DNA from: Bacilli bacterium
Lineage (GTDB): Bacteria; Bacillota_I; Bacilli_A; RFN20; CAG-826
Reading direction: 5' to 3'
Length of the DNA stretch: 64,000 nt
Assembly (NCBI GenBank): GCA_017635465.1
Contig: JAGBLL010000036.1
Coordinates: forward strand, 76,078-140,077
Shown: positions 48,257 through 58,144 of the stretch, piece by piece
Layout: each line of letters starts with the position of its first letter
Position numbering within the stretch: position 1 is the stretch's first letter
The notes under the pieces: model-generated
Database searches by the model: none
What the model was told of the DNA's origin: nothing
Seen by the model: the letters and a program-made list of their open reading frames with translations, nothing else
Made by a program: the position numbers and the translations under genes

Positions 48257-50728
48257 ATGGCTAGAAAACATCAAGATATAATTGATCAATTAACTTTAAA
48301 AGAAAAGGCAAGTCTCGTTAGTGGTAAAGATTTCTGGCAAACTGTCAACATTGACAGAGTTGGTATTCCAAGTGCTTTCCTTAGCGATGGCCCTCATGGC
48401 GTCAGAAGACAAGCCGCTGCTGCGGACCATTTAGGTTTAAACGCTTCCATTCCAGCGACATGTTATCCAACTGCTGCGACAATGGCCAATTCCTGGGACC
48501 CAGAATTAGGTGAAGGTTTAGGCCAAAGATTAGGTCAAGAAGCCGCTGTTCAAAAAGTTAACGTCTTATTAGGCCCTGGTATGAATATGAAGAGAAATCC
48601 ACTTTGTGGACGTAACTTCGAATACTTCTCAGAGGATCCTTATTTAGCAGGTAAAATGGCTGCAGGTTATGTTAGAGGTATCCAATCAAATGGTATCTCC
48701 GCTTGCGTTAAGCACTTTGCTTGTAATGACCAAGAAGAAAACAGAATGACATTAGATAGTGTTCTTGATGAAAGAACATTTAGAGAAATATATTTAACCG
48801 CTTTTGAAATTGCTGTTAAAGAAGGCAAGACAAAATCAATCATGTCTGCCTATAACTTAATCAACGGTGTTTACGCTAATGAAAATGAACACTTATTATG
48901 CGATATCCTTCGTAAAGAATGGGGCTTTGGTGGTTTAGTGGTCACTGACTGGGGTGGCAATAATGATGGTGTTTTATCACTTAAATGTGGTAACCAATTA
49001 GAAATGCCAGGTACACCAGATAGACCAGAAGAAGTTATTAAAGCGATTGAAAATGGTGAATTAGAAGAATCAGTTTTAGACGATAATCTTGATGTCTTAT
49101 TAGATACCATCTTCGATACAATGGAAAATGGTGTTAAGAAAGCACCTGAAAAATTCGATGTTGAAGAACATCATGCTTTCGCTGAAAAATGCGCGGAAGA
49201 AAGTGCTGTTCTTTTAAAGAATGATGGTGTCCTTCCATTAAAGAAAGAAGAAAAAGTAGCCTTTATTGGTGACTTCTTATATTTACCAAGATATCAAGGT
49301 GCGGGTTCATCTATCGTTAACCCAACAAAACTTGATAACACAGTTGATTTATTAAAGAATTTAGAACTCGATATCGTCGGTTCCGCACGTGGTTTTAATA
49401 GATATGGTAAGAAGAACAAAAAGCTCTTAAAAGAAGCCTTAGAATTAGCCGCAAAAGCGGATACAGTCGTCTTATATCTCGGTTTAGATGAAGTTACTGA
49501 AGCCGAAGGCTTAGATAGAAGTAACGCCAAGATTGAAAATAATCAAATCGAATTGGTTAAACAAGTTAAAGCTTTAGGTAAGAAAATCGTCGTTGTTCTC
49601 TCTTGTGGCTCCGCTGTTGAATTACCATTCGTTGATGATGTTGATGGTTTATTACATTGCTATTTAAACGGTCAAGCTGGTGCGCAAGCGACATTAAATA
49701 TCTTAGAAGGTAAAGTAAATCCTTCTGGTAAATTATCTGAAACATATCCAATCGTTTATGAAGATGTTGCTAGTAGTGATAATTTCCCAAGCCACACAAG
49801 AACAATCGAATATAGAGAAGCTTATGGTATCGGCTATAGATATTTTGAAAAAGCCAATGTGGAGACAAGATTCCCATTCGGCTTCGGTCTTAGCTATACA
49901 AAATTTGAATATTCAAATATCAAAATAAGCGATAAGGGTGTCAATTTCGAAATCAAAAACGTCGGTGATGTCGATGGTAAAGAAATTGCTCAATTATATG
50001 TTGGCTTAAAGAACAGCGTTGTTATTAGACCAGTCAAAGAATTAAAAGGCTTCATTAAAGTCTTCTTAAAGGCTGGTGAATCTAAACGCGTTGAAATTCC
50101 ATTTGATGATAAGACATTTAGATACTTCAATACCAAAACAAATAAATGGGAAATCGAAAAAGGTATCTATGATATCTATGTCGGCGCTGCCGTCAATGAT
50201 ATCCGCTTAAGTGGTTATTTTGAACAAGAAGGCACAGGCGCTGAAGCACCATATAATATTGATGAATTACCAAATTATGCTTCTGGTAGATTAAGAAATG
50301 TTCCAGATGAAGAATTTGCGAAATTATTAGGTCATGAAATTCCTAATGGTGCACTTCCATTCTATAAGAAGAACAGAATGGTCATCGACTATAACACCAC
50401 ATTCAGTGAATTACGTTATTCTAAACGCTGGATTGGCCGTTTAGTGGGTAAAGCTATTCCTTGGTTCACAAGAGTGCTCCGCAAAATGGGTAATCGTGTC
50501 TTAGCGAATACATTAGTCATGGGTGTTGTCCATCAACCAATGAGAGGTATGTCAAGATTCTCTGGTGGTGGCCTCCGCATGAGCCAATTAGATGGCTTAA
50601 TCATGATTTTCAATGGCCACTTCTGGAAAGGTTTACATCACTTCAACAAAGAAGGGCGTAAATACAAGAAGATTGCTAAAGCCGAAAAGAAAGCACAAAA
50701 AGAAGCAGAAGCAGCTCAAAACAAATAG
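48257..50728 (+). CDS. GH3 beta-glucosidase 6, canonical domain order, cytoplasmic
   Basis: SDGPHGVR, GRNFEYFSEDP, VKHF and VVTDWGG first, then ESAVLLKN, EAEGLDR and an FnIII-like domain; no signal peptide. Confidence 0.93.
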   Translation: MARKHQDIIDQLTLKEKASLVSGKDFWQTVNIDRVGIPSAFLSDGPHGVRRQAAAADHLGLNASIPATCYPTAATMANSWDPELGEGLGQRLGQEAAVQKVNVLLGPGMNMKRNPLCGRNFEYFSEDPYLAGKMAAGYVRGIQSNGISACVKHFACNDQEENRMTLDSVLDERTFREIYLTAFEIAVKEGKTKSIMSAYNLINGVYANENEHLLCDILRKEWGFGGLVVTDWGGNNDGVLSLKCGNQLEMPGTPDRPEEVIKAIENGELEESVLDDNLDVLLDTIFDTMENGVKKAPEKFDVEEHHAFAEKCAEESAVLLKNDGVLPLKKEEKVAFIGDFLYLPRYQGAGSSIVNPTKLDNTVDLLKNLELDIVGSARGFNRYGKKNKKLLKEALELAAKADTVVLYLGLDEVTEAEGLDRSNAKIENNQIELVKQVKALGKKIVVVLSCGSAVELPFVDDVDGLLHCYLNGQAGAQATLNILEGKVNPSGKLSETYPIVYEDVASSDNFPSHTRTIEYREAYGIGYRYFEKANVETRFPFGFGLSYTKFEYSNIKISDKGVNFEIKNVGDVDGKEIAQLYVGLKNSVVIRPVKELKGFIKVFLKAGESKRVEIPFDDKTFRYFNTKTNKWEIEKGIYDIYVGAAVNDIRLSGYFEQEGTGAEAPYNIDELPNYASGRLRNVPDEEFAKLLGHEIPNGALPFYKKNRMVIDYNTTFSELRYSKRWIGRLVGKAIPWFTRVLRKMGNRVLANTLVMGVVHQPMRGMSRFSGGGLRMSQLDGLIMIFNGHFWKGLHHFNKEGRKYKKIAKAEKKAQKEAEAAQNK

Positions 50729-50745
50729 TGATATAATCCTATTAA

Positions 50746-52221
50746 ATGGAACAAGTATCAAATAAGTCGTGTTTTTTAAGAATGAAAGAAAGCCTTGCTG
50801 GGAACAGCAAGGTTTTGCTCATTGACAAAGAAGGAAAATATACGGCAAATGAAGTGTTTGAGGTTTACTGTGGCTTACTTAACCAGCTACGCCCAATTAT
50901 CAAAACCGGCGATGTATGTCTTGTTGCTCCGCTTGTGAAAAAAGAAACGATAATCATCATGGCGGCAATTATTTCGTTGGGTGGTGTTGTGCTTTTCGGT
51001 GACTTATATATTAAACCGCTAGATTATTTAGAATTATTGCATGGTCTGACAGATGTTAATCATGTTTTCGCCTTCGAAGACAATAAATGGCTTGTGAAAA
51101 ACGGGAATTCCGAACGCGAATTATTATTCAAAAGAGAAATTCTTAATTGCGATGTTAATCTTGTTGCTAGCAAGAGTTTACCATCATTTTATTTCTTAAC
51201 ATCTGGATCGACTGACTCAAGAAATTTAGTTGCATTATCTGAATACTCTTTTATCAATCATATCGTCCGTGAATTATCTGATATTGGTAACGAAGAAAAG
51301 ATTAGCTATGGATGTGTACCTATAAACCATGTCTTGGGCACTTGCATTTATTTACAACATTTACTTACTGGCCATACTATCTATCTTTCCGAATCTCGCA
51401 ATGCTGATTTGGCATTAGATGTTATCGAAAAATATCATTGCACCGCTATTGCGAATGTTCCAACATTTTTTTACATGTTAATTGAAAAGCAAAAAAAGCA
51501 TCCTCGCGACATAAATTCATTAAAATATGGAATTATTGCCGGGGGTGGTTATTCCAAAGAACAATTCCTTAATATCGAAAAAGAATTAGGAATTTCGTTA
51601 TGCTCTTCATATGGTATGACTGAAGCGAGTACAGTAATTACTAATTCTCCTGCCTCAAGACCAGTTGAAGAAAGATGCACGGGCGTTGGAAAGCCTTTCC
51701 CAGGCGTTGAAGTCGTTTTTAAAGATGATGATGGTAATATTGTTCATAATAAAGGTGAAATATGTTTCAAAGGCTATAATTTGATGCTTGGCTATGTAGA
51801 AAAAGGAAAACTTGTTTTACCAGTTGATAATGAAGGCTATTTCCATACTGGCGATATTGGTATGAAAGATGACAAAGGTGTCTATCATATTGTTGGCCGT
51901 AAAAAGAATATCATTATTAGAGGTGGAGAAAACCTTTCTCCATACACGATTGAAAAGAAGATTCTTTTAATCGACGGCATTAAAGATGTTGTCGTGGTTG
52001 GTATACCTAATGAAAAATATGGCGAAGTAGTCGCAGCGTATATTGCTAGTGACGTTTATAAAAATACTGAAGAAGTTGAAGAATTATTAAAGAAAGTCTT
52101 ACCAAAAAATGAAGTTCCTTATATCTTGATAATAGATGATAATATCCCTCTATTATCAAACGGAAAACATGATAGAATGAGAATAAGGAATATTTTCATT
52201 AGCAAAGATGCACATAAATAA
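50746..52221 (+). CDS. Adenylate-forming (acyl-CoA ligase-like) enzyme
   Basis: Degenerate P-loop LTSGSTDSRN; YGMTE; FHTGD; GRKKNIIIRGGEN; SNGK with the A10 Lys. Confidence 0.85.
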   Translation: MEQVSNKSCFLRMKESLAGNSKVLLIDKEGKYTANEVFEVYCGLLNQLRPIIKTGDVCLVAPLVKKETIIIMAAIISLGGVVLFGDLYIKPLDYLELLHGLTDVNHVFAFEDNKWLVKNGNSERELLFKREILNCDVNLVASKSLPSFYFLTSGSTDSRNLVALSEYSFINHIVRELSDIGNEEKISYGCVPINHVLGTCIYLQHLLTGHTIYLSESRNADLALDVIEKYHCTAIANVPTFFYMLIEKQKKHPRDINSLKYGIIAGGGYSKEQFLNIEKELGISLCSSYGMTEASTVITNSPASRPVEERCTGVGKPFPGVEVVFKDDDGNIVHNKGEICFKGYNLMLGYVEKGKLVLPVDNEGYFHTGDIGMKDDKGVYHIVGRKKNIIIRGGENLSPYTIEKKILLIDGIKDVVVVGIPNEKYGEVVAAYIASDVYKNTEEVEELLKKVLPKNEVPYILIIDDNIPLLSNGKHDRMRIRNIFISKDAHK

Positions 52222-54124
52222 GATATTTATCTTTTTACTAATCACACCAATCCTTGCTTCTTGTAGCAATGATTCTTTTCATTATAGGGAGCAAAAAGAA
52301 ATCGATGTTGTTTTAGTATCTGGGGAGCATTATCAAGTAGTGGACCATGACCAGAAAAAAGACGACACAAATATCAATATTGCCCATTTAGTTTCATCTA
52401 ACACTGTTAAGTACACAATTGGTGTAGAAAAGAATTACTATGTCAGTGGTATCTCTTACGAAGATAGCAAAGTATTCTTTATTGGTAACAGCCAATATTC
52501 AGTAGTGCTAAATAACGTGAAATATTCGACACGTGTTACTGTTTATGTTGATCAAATAAGTGGTGATCCTTCAGAAGAAGGTGAACCAGGCGATGAAAGC
52601 AATAACGAAATCACATACGACGCTAACGGTGGTGAATACATCTTAGTGGATGGTTTACCAATGAATAAGACTATTTATTCCACAATCCATCATCCACGTC
52701 CGAATACATCAATCGGCACAGATATTATGTATCGCGATGGTTATAACTTAATTGGTTGGAATACTAAAAGTGATTTAAGTGGTGAACATATCGGTCTAGG
52801 TAGTAGATATCTAGATTTAAATAATCACACATTCACTCTCTATGCTGAATGGTCTAAATACACTGATAAATCTAACTTCACATATCACGAAGTACATGAA
52901 GATGAGGAAGATTATGTTGTTATTGATAAATATATCGGTACCTCTATAGATGTATCAATTCCAGAATTTATTGATGGATTACCAATTAAAGTCATTGGGG
53001 ATGAGGCTTTCCGTCATTCAATTGTAGAAAAGATTGTTTTACCAAAATCAATCACTAATTTAGGCATTCTCTGCTTTGGTCAAAGCAAACTTAAAGAGCT
53101 TTATTTCTTCGACAATTTGAGAAATATATCTGACGGATGCTTTATGGAAAATAATGACTTTTCAACAGTCCATATTAACGCTATATTGCCTCCAAGATTT
53201 CCAAGTTTTGATCGTCATTCTACATACGCTGATAAGATCGATAACCTTATCGTCAATAAAGACAAGAAAAAGATTATTATCTTAGGTGGAAGTGGAGCTT
53301 ATTATAACGTTGATGCTTGTACATTAAAGAAACTATATCCAGATTATGAGCCATTCAATGTTGCGATAAACGGCTGGTTTAATAATTACATTCAACTCGA
53401 TATCATTGATAAATTCGTTGGTGAAAACGATGTCTTTTTACATGTTGTTGAAAGCTGTGGACAATACCAATTTTTGACTGTCAATAATATGGGATACTTT
53501 AGTTCGAAAAACGGTTATGATTCACGCTTTTTCAACGCTTTAGAATTAAATTATGATTTGATTTCATACGCTGATATAAGAAAAGTTAGTAACTTCTTTG
53601 ATGTTTTTATGACATTCAATAATTCTAGAGCAAGTAGAGAGCCTAAGAAATATACCGATTATACTGATTATGCGGATAAAAGAGGCGATTATTCTAACGA
53701 TCCCACAATAAGAAAAAATGAAGATCCAAAAACTATTTATAGTAAGGAAGATAAAACAAAAATCGAAAGAAATGCTTCAATTACCCAAGAAGGTTCAGTT
53801 GATACAAAATGCTATTCTAGTCAAGGGATGAACAAACTACTTGGTTATTATCAACAGTTCATCGATAAAGGGGCAAAAATATATTTTGCTTTTGCTTGTG
53901 TGGCTGAGCAGTCTTTATTGCTAGAAGAAGCAACAGAAGAAAACATTCATAGATACGAAGTTGAAGTTCGTGCTTATCTTTCTAAAAAAGTCACATTTCT
54001 TAATACTATGGCTGATGCTTTAACTAGTGTGCAATATTTTGCTGATAGTGATTGGCATTTGAAATATGAAAAAGCAGTTGAAGAAACTATCAAATTAGCG
54101 GATAGCATAGGAGCGTTGAATTAA
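52208..54124 (+). CDS. Lipoprotein: InlB-B-like repeat + BspA-type LRR + SGNH/DltD-like domain
   Basis: Lipobox LASC; ITYDANGG...GYNLIGWNT...TLYAEW; IGDEAF...IVLPKSITNLG; KIIILGGS and FADSDWHL resemble Ser and Asp-x-x-x-His catalytic motifs. Confidence 0.65.
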   Translation: MHINKIFIFLLITPILASCSNDSFHYREQKEIDVVLVSGEHYQVVDHDQKKDDTNINIAHLVSSNTVKYTIGVEKNYYVSGISYEDSKVFFIGNSQYSVVLNNVKYSTRVTVYVDQISGDPSEEGEPGDESNNEITYDANGGEYILVDGLPMNKTIYSTIHHPRPNTSIGTDIMYRDGYNLIGWNTKSDLSGEHIGLGSRYLDLNNHTFTLYAEWSKYTDKSNFTYHEVHEDEEDYVVIDKYIGTSIDVSIPEFIDGLPIKVIGDEAFRHSIVEKIVLPKSITNLGILCFGQSKLKELYFFDNLRNISDGCFMENNDFSTVHINAILPPRFPSFDRHSTYADKIDNLIVNKDKKKIIILGGSGAYYNVDACTLKKLYPDYEPFNVAINGWFNNYIQLDIIDKFVGENDVFLHVVESCGQYQFLTVNNMGYFSSKNGYDSRFFNALELNYDLISYADIRKVSNFFDVFMTFNNSRASREPKKYTDYTDYADKRGDYSNDPTIRKNEDPKTIYSKEDKTKIERNASITQEGSVDTKCYSSQGMNKLLGYYQQFIDKGAKIYFAFACVAEQSLLLEEATEENIHRYEVEVRAYLSKKVTFLNTMADALTSVQYFADSDWHLKYEKAVEETIKLADSIGALN

Positions 54125-54375
54125 TGGGTGAATATTTAATATTTAACGTGACACCTATCGTCTTATTCTCACTCGCTCTAGTGGCGCTTATTTTAGATAT
54201 TATTTTTAAAAAAGTATTCCTTAAGATTATCTTTGCTTTATTTGCTACTGGTTTTATTATTGCTTCCTTATTATTAGGAGCATCATTTCAAGAAATATTA
54301 ATCGCAGTGCTTATTCTCATAGTCATTGCGTTATTTAGTTATTATCCAAAAAGGAAGAAGGAAGAAAAAGTATGA
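54124..54375 (+). CDS. Small membrane protein (about 3 TM)
   Basis: 83 aa, almost entirely hydrophobic, with a basic tail; aggag SD; overlaps both neighbours. Confidence 0.75.
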   Translation: MGEYLIFNVTPIVLFSLALVALILDIIFKKVFLKIIFALFATGFIIASLLLGASFQEILIAVLILIVIALFSYYPKRKKEEKV

Positions 54376-55865
54376 CGTTTAATTCATTACAATTTCTTAT
54401 CTTCTTGCCAGTAGTTATCATCCTTTATTTTATCGTGCCTCATAAGTTTAGATGGGTAGTTTTATTAGTGGCGTCTTATTATGCCTATATGAGTTGGAAC
54501 CCATGGCTAGTTTTCTTAATTTTAGCCACGACGGTAGTGAGTTATCTCGCTGGATTATTAATGCCAAAGGCTAAAAATCAAAAGGTTAAGAAACTATTAC
54601 TAGTAATAACTATCATTGTTTGTCTAGGCATTTTGATATTCTTTAAATATGTCAATTTCTTATTATCTTCCGTTATTAATTTCCTCAACTTATTCTCAAT
54701 GAATATCCATAGTGTAGCGTTAGATATTATTTTGCCTATTGGTATTTCATTCTATACGTTCCAAACGCTTTCATATGTCATCGATGTTTATAGAGGTAAA
54801 TTTGAGCCAGAAAAGCATTTCGGTTATTACGCTTTATATGTTTCATTTTTCCCTCAATTAGTCGCAGGACCAATTGAAAGACCAGAAAATCTTCTTCCTC
54901 AACTTAAAGAGAAACATAAAGTTAATAAAGAAGATTTATTAGCAGGTCTGCAATTACTAGTGGTTGGTTTCTTTAGAAAATGTGTCGTCGCAGACTTTAC
55001 TGGTTTGTTTGTTAATAATGTTTTTGCGGATTTAGCTAACGCGAATGCATTGTCATTATTAGCCGCTGGCGCTTTATTCATGGTGCAACTTTATTGTGAC
55101 TTTGGTGGTTATTCAGAAATAGCCGCAGGTAGTGCGAGGATGATGGGCATTAAATTATCTAAGAACTTTGACAAACCATTCAGCGAGGTCACAATTTCTA
55201 AGCTTATGCGTAAATGGCATATGACTTTAACTAGCTGGCTTACTGATTATGTTTACATTCCTTTAGGTGGAAATAGGAAAGGTAAATTTAGACGAATTAT
55301 CAATGTCTTTATCGTTTATATATTATGTGGTTTATGGCATGGTGCAAACTGGACATTTGTCTTATGGGGTTTATTCGCTGGTGTAATTATGGTCATCGAA
55401 GGATTGATTAAAAATCCAGTTCGTAATTTCGCTAAAAAGCACAATATCAATTACCATCGCCCATTGATTAATGTTATTAGACGTGTATTTGTTTACATGA
55501 TATTAGTGTTCTCCGCTTTCTTCTTCCGCGCTCAAAGCATCCAACAAATCGGTGTTATCTACGCGAAATTATTTACATCATTTGGCTTTGGAGTGAATTA
55601 CTTCAACGTGGCATTATCTTCATTAGGTATGAAGGTCATCGATATTATAGAAATAGCACTTATTTTAGGTGTGATGTATAAACTTTATGACTTAGCATAT
55701 GATACTTCGTTTATGCAAGTTGACGCTGATGGCAATGCAGTTATTGCTAAGAACAAGTACTTCAAAAACATCATCATTTGCTTGATGGTAGTAGCTATTG
55801 CTTTAGGCTGGTTTATGCTTATTTCTAGCGACGCTGTTAGCGCATTTGTGTATTTCCAATTCTAG
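54372..55865 (+). CDS. MBOAT O-acyltransferase (AlgI/PatA/DltB family)
   Basis: LPIGISFYTFQ, FFPQLVAGPIER, catalytic GLWHGA, and the C-terminal hexapeptide FVYFQF. Confidence 0.93.
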   Translation: MTFNSLQFLIFLPVVIILYFIVPHKFRWVVLLVASYYAYMSWNPWLVFLILATTVVSYLAGLLMPKAKNQKVKKLLLVITIIVCLGILIFFKYVNFLLSSVINFLNLFSMNIHSVALDIILPIGISFYTFQTLSYVIDVYRGKFEPEKHFGYYALYVSFFPQLVAGPIERPENLLPQLKEKHKVNKEDLLAGLQLLVVGFFRKCVVADFTGLFVNNVFADLANANALSLLAAGALFMVQLYCDFGGYSEIAAGSARMMGIKLSKNFDKPFSEVTISKLMRKWHMTLTSWLTDYVYIPLGGNRKGKFRRIINVFIVYILCGLWHGANWTFVLWGLFAGVIMVIEGLIKNPVRNFAKKHNINYHRPLINVIRRVFVYMILVFSAFFFRAQSIQQIGVIYAKLFTSFGFGVNYFNVALSSLGMKVIDIIEIALILGVMYKLYDLAYDTSFMQVDADGNAVIAKNKYFKNIIICLMVVAIALGWFMLISSDAVSAFVYFQF

Positions 55866-55867
55866 TT

Positions 55868-57295
55868 ATGAAAAAAGGTACAGTGATTTCCATTATTATT
55901 TCTTCTCTTTGCTTACTAGCAATACCTTTAACTGTGCTTTCATTTGGATTAGCTATACCAACGCAATTTGATGAAACATATTACGGTGAATTACCTTATT
56001 TATTTAAGCGTTTGAAAAATGGTAAAGAAGGTAAGATTATCTTTGTTGGTAATAGCGCAATTGCTTTTGGCAATAGAAAAGACTTAATAGAAAAAGAACT
56101 TAATAAAGAAGTAGTAACGTTTGGTCTCTATGGTGCGATAGGCACTAAAGCGATGATGGATCTTTCTAAAGCGGGTATTAAGAAAGGCGATATCGTTGTT
56201 TTATCTCCTGAAATAAGTGAACAAGGTTTATCTTTATATTTCTCTAGTGAAAACATGTGGATGGCGATTGACGGTCATTACGATATGCTTAATTACCTCG
56301 CTAAAGATAATAAAGAATCCATGGTGGGTAATTTCGCTTCTTTCGCCGCGAAGAAATTTGATTATATGGTGAAAGGTAAAAAACCTAAAGTCGATGGTGT
56401 TTATCAACAGTCTTCATTTAATAAAGATAACCAAGAAGTTGGCTATATGACCTATAACAGAGAATACAACTACATGGTTAATGGTTATGACGCTAACTCG
56501 ATGGTGAAATTCGACGTTAATTATTTAAACGATGAATTTATTAAATATATTAATGATTATTGTAAGTACGTTAAGAAAAAAGGCGCAGAAGTCTATTATA
56601 ATTTCGTACCTGTTAATAATTTATCAGTTACATCTTCAAAAGAAGATATTGATGCCTTCTATGATGAATTAAACGATAGAATTATGTGCCCAATCTTAGG
56701 TAGTCCTCATAATTATATTTTTGATTACGAATGGTTCTATGATAACAACAGCCACTTAAATACCGCGGGTACATATATCTATAACAAGCAACTTATAGAT
56801 GATCTTAAGACTGTGTTTAAAGATAGTTCGCCTACTAATATTGGAATACCAGAAAAACCAGATATCCCATTACCTGATTATCATGATGGTGATAATAGTG
56901 ATTTAGATTGCTTTAATTACGAAGAGGAAGCAGATGGTTATGTAGTCACTTCACTAACAGAAAAAGGATTAGAGAAAACCACTGTTATTATTCCTTCAAC
57001 TTATAACGAAAAACCAATAATCTCATTTGACGCAACTGTTTTCCAAAACAGTAAAACAATTACTGAAATAGTGGTTCCTGCGAATATCAGAACCTTAGCG
57101 GATTTCTCTTTCAAAGGTTGTTCTAATTTAACTAAATTAATCATTCAACATGCTAGCCCAAGTCTATTAAATGTCGGCACATCATTATTAGAGGAAGCAG
57201 ATAACTGCTATGTCTATGTTAAGAGTGATGTCTATGATATATTCGCTAACCACTATAACTGGGGTTACTATCGTAATAAACTTAAAAAATATTAA
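55868..57295 (+). CDS. Membrane-anchored SGNH/DltD-like protein with C-terminal BspA-type LRR
   Basis: N-terminal TM; KIIFVGNS and FYDNNSHL motifs; VVPANIRTLADFSFKGCSNL repeat. Confidence 0.65.
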   Translation: MKKGTVISIIISSLCLLAIPLTVLSFGLAIPTQFDETYYGELPYLFKRLKNGKEGKIIFVGNSAIAFGNRKDLIEKELNKEVVTFGLYGAIGTKAMMDLSKAGIKKGDIVVLSPEISEQGLSLYFSSENMWMAIDGHYDMLNYLAKDNKESMVGNFASFAAKKFDYMVKGKKPKVDGVYQQSSFNKDNQEVGYMTYNREYNYMVNGYDANSMVKFDVNYLNDEFIKYINDYCKYVKKKGAEVYYNFVPVNNLSVTSSKEDIDAFYDELNDRIMCPILGSPHNYIFDYEWFYDNNSHLNTAGTYIYNKQLIDDLKTVFKDSSPTNIGIPEKPDIPLPDYHDGDNSDLDCFNYEEEADGYVVTSLTEKGLEKTTVIIPSTYNEKPIISFDATVFQNSKTITEIVVPANIRTLADFSFKGCSNLTKLIIQHASPSLLNVGTSLLEEADNCYVYVKSDVYDIFANHYNWGYYRNKLKKY

Positions 57296-57309
57296 CGCTT
57301 TATTATATT

Positions 57310-58056
57310 TCAATCAGCGTTAAAGAGCGCTACTAAGGTCTTTTCAGTTTCCGCGGTACTTTCATCTAGATACAGTTTTCTAATAAAGGATATTCCTTTG
57401 TGATTTAAGCATACTTCTAAAATGAACAAGAATATTCCAATATCTATCCTGTTATAGTATATAACTTTATCAATAGGCATAATGCCTCTTTTACCGGGTT
57501 TCTTGTATCTATAGATAAATAATTCGTTATTCTTATTTTCGACGTACCATGGCTGCGTATTGCACGCACTAGGGGCAAATCTAACTATGTTAGTGACATC
57601 ATCTATACTTTCACCAGACCATATTTCATCAATTGGCTTTCTTTTTGACTTAAACATATCTTTTCTAAAGCTATTTGATGGCATACGTTTGATAGCGATC
57701 ATAATGACATATTCTAGCCCATTATTTCTTGCTTCTTTTGGTTTACCAATACCAAACCATAAAGCGCCTATACCTATCGAATTAAGATATAGATCTATTT
57801 GTTCACCAATATAACCGATATTCCTTAAATATTCGCCTTTCTGTTCACTATAAAAGAGGATGCAGTAATCCGCTCCTCGATGACATGTTGTTTCTTTTTC
57901 TGGAACAATAATGATTTCAGTTTTGATGTCATTATAAAGTGGCTTTACTTCTTTTATAAAAGAATTGATTAATTTCAAATCATCTTCAGTAGTGGGTTCT
58001 CCACCTATAAATAAGTGAAATGATTTACGTTTGAATAATGTCTCGTAGTAATTCAT
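57310..58056 (-). CDS. Nitroreductase-family protein
   Basis: KRKSFH start motif, APSACNTQPW and IDIGI; start set at ATG 58056. Confidence 0.8.
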   Translation of the reverse strand: MNYYETLFKRKSFHLFIGGEPTTEDDLKLINSFIKEVKPLYNDIKTEIIIVPEKETTCHRGADYCILFYSEQKGEYLRNIGYIGEQIDLYLNSIGIGALWFGIGKPKEARNNGLEYVIMIAIKRMPSNSFRKDMFKSKRKPIDEIWSGESIDDVTNIVRFAPSACNTQPWYVENKNNELFIYRYKKPGKRGIMPIDKVIYYNRIDIGIFLFILEVCLNHKGISFIRKLYLDESTAETEKTLVALFNAD

Positions 58057-58098
58057 ACACCAAATGTTATTCAAATAAATTATAAATGTAAAGCAAAG

Positions 58099-58124
58099 AA
58101 AAACGCTCCCATTACTGAGAGCGT
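58099..58124 (-). terminator. Intrinsic terminator after ppdK
   Basis: Minus strand reads acgctc ... gagcgt-tttt. Confidence 0.65.
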
Positions 58125-58144
58125 CATTCTATATTCCTAAGAAC

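Noticed and set aside
54124-54375. Small protein as a DltX or acyl carrier protein equivalent
   Set aside because: It has no C-terminal Tyr hexapeptide (that motif is on the MBOAT) and no DSL phosphopantetheine motif.
19051-57295. Island as a mobile element or prophage
   Set aside because: No integrase, transposase, tRNA target or terminal repeats were seen, and most GH3 genes look host-like in codon usage.
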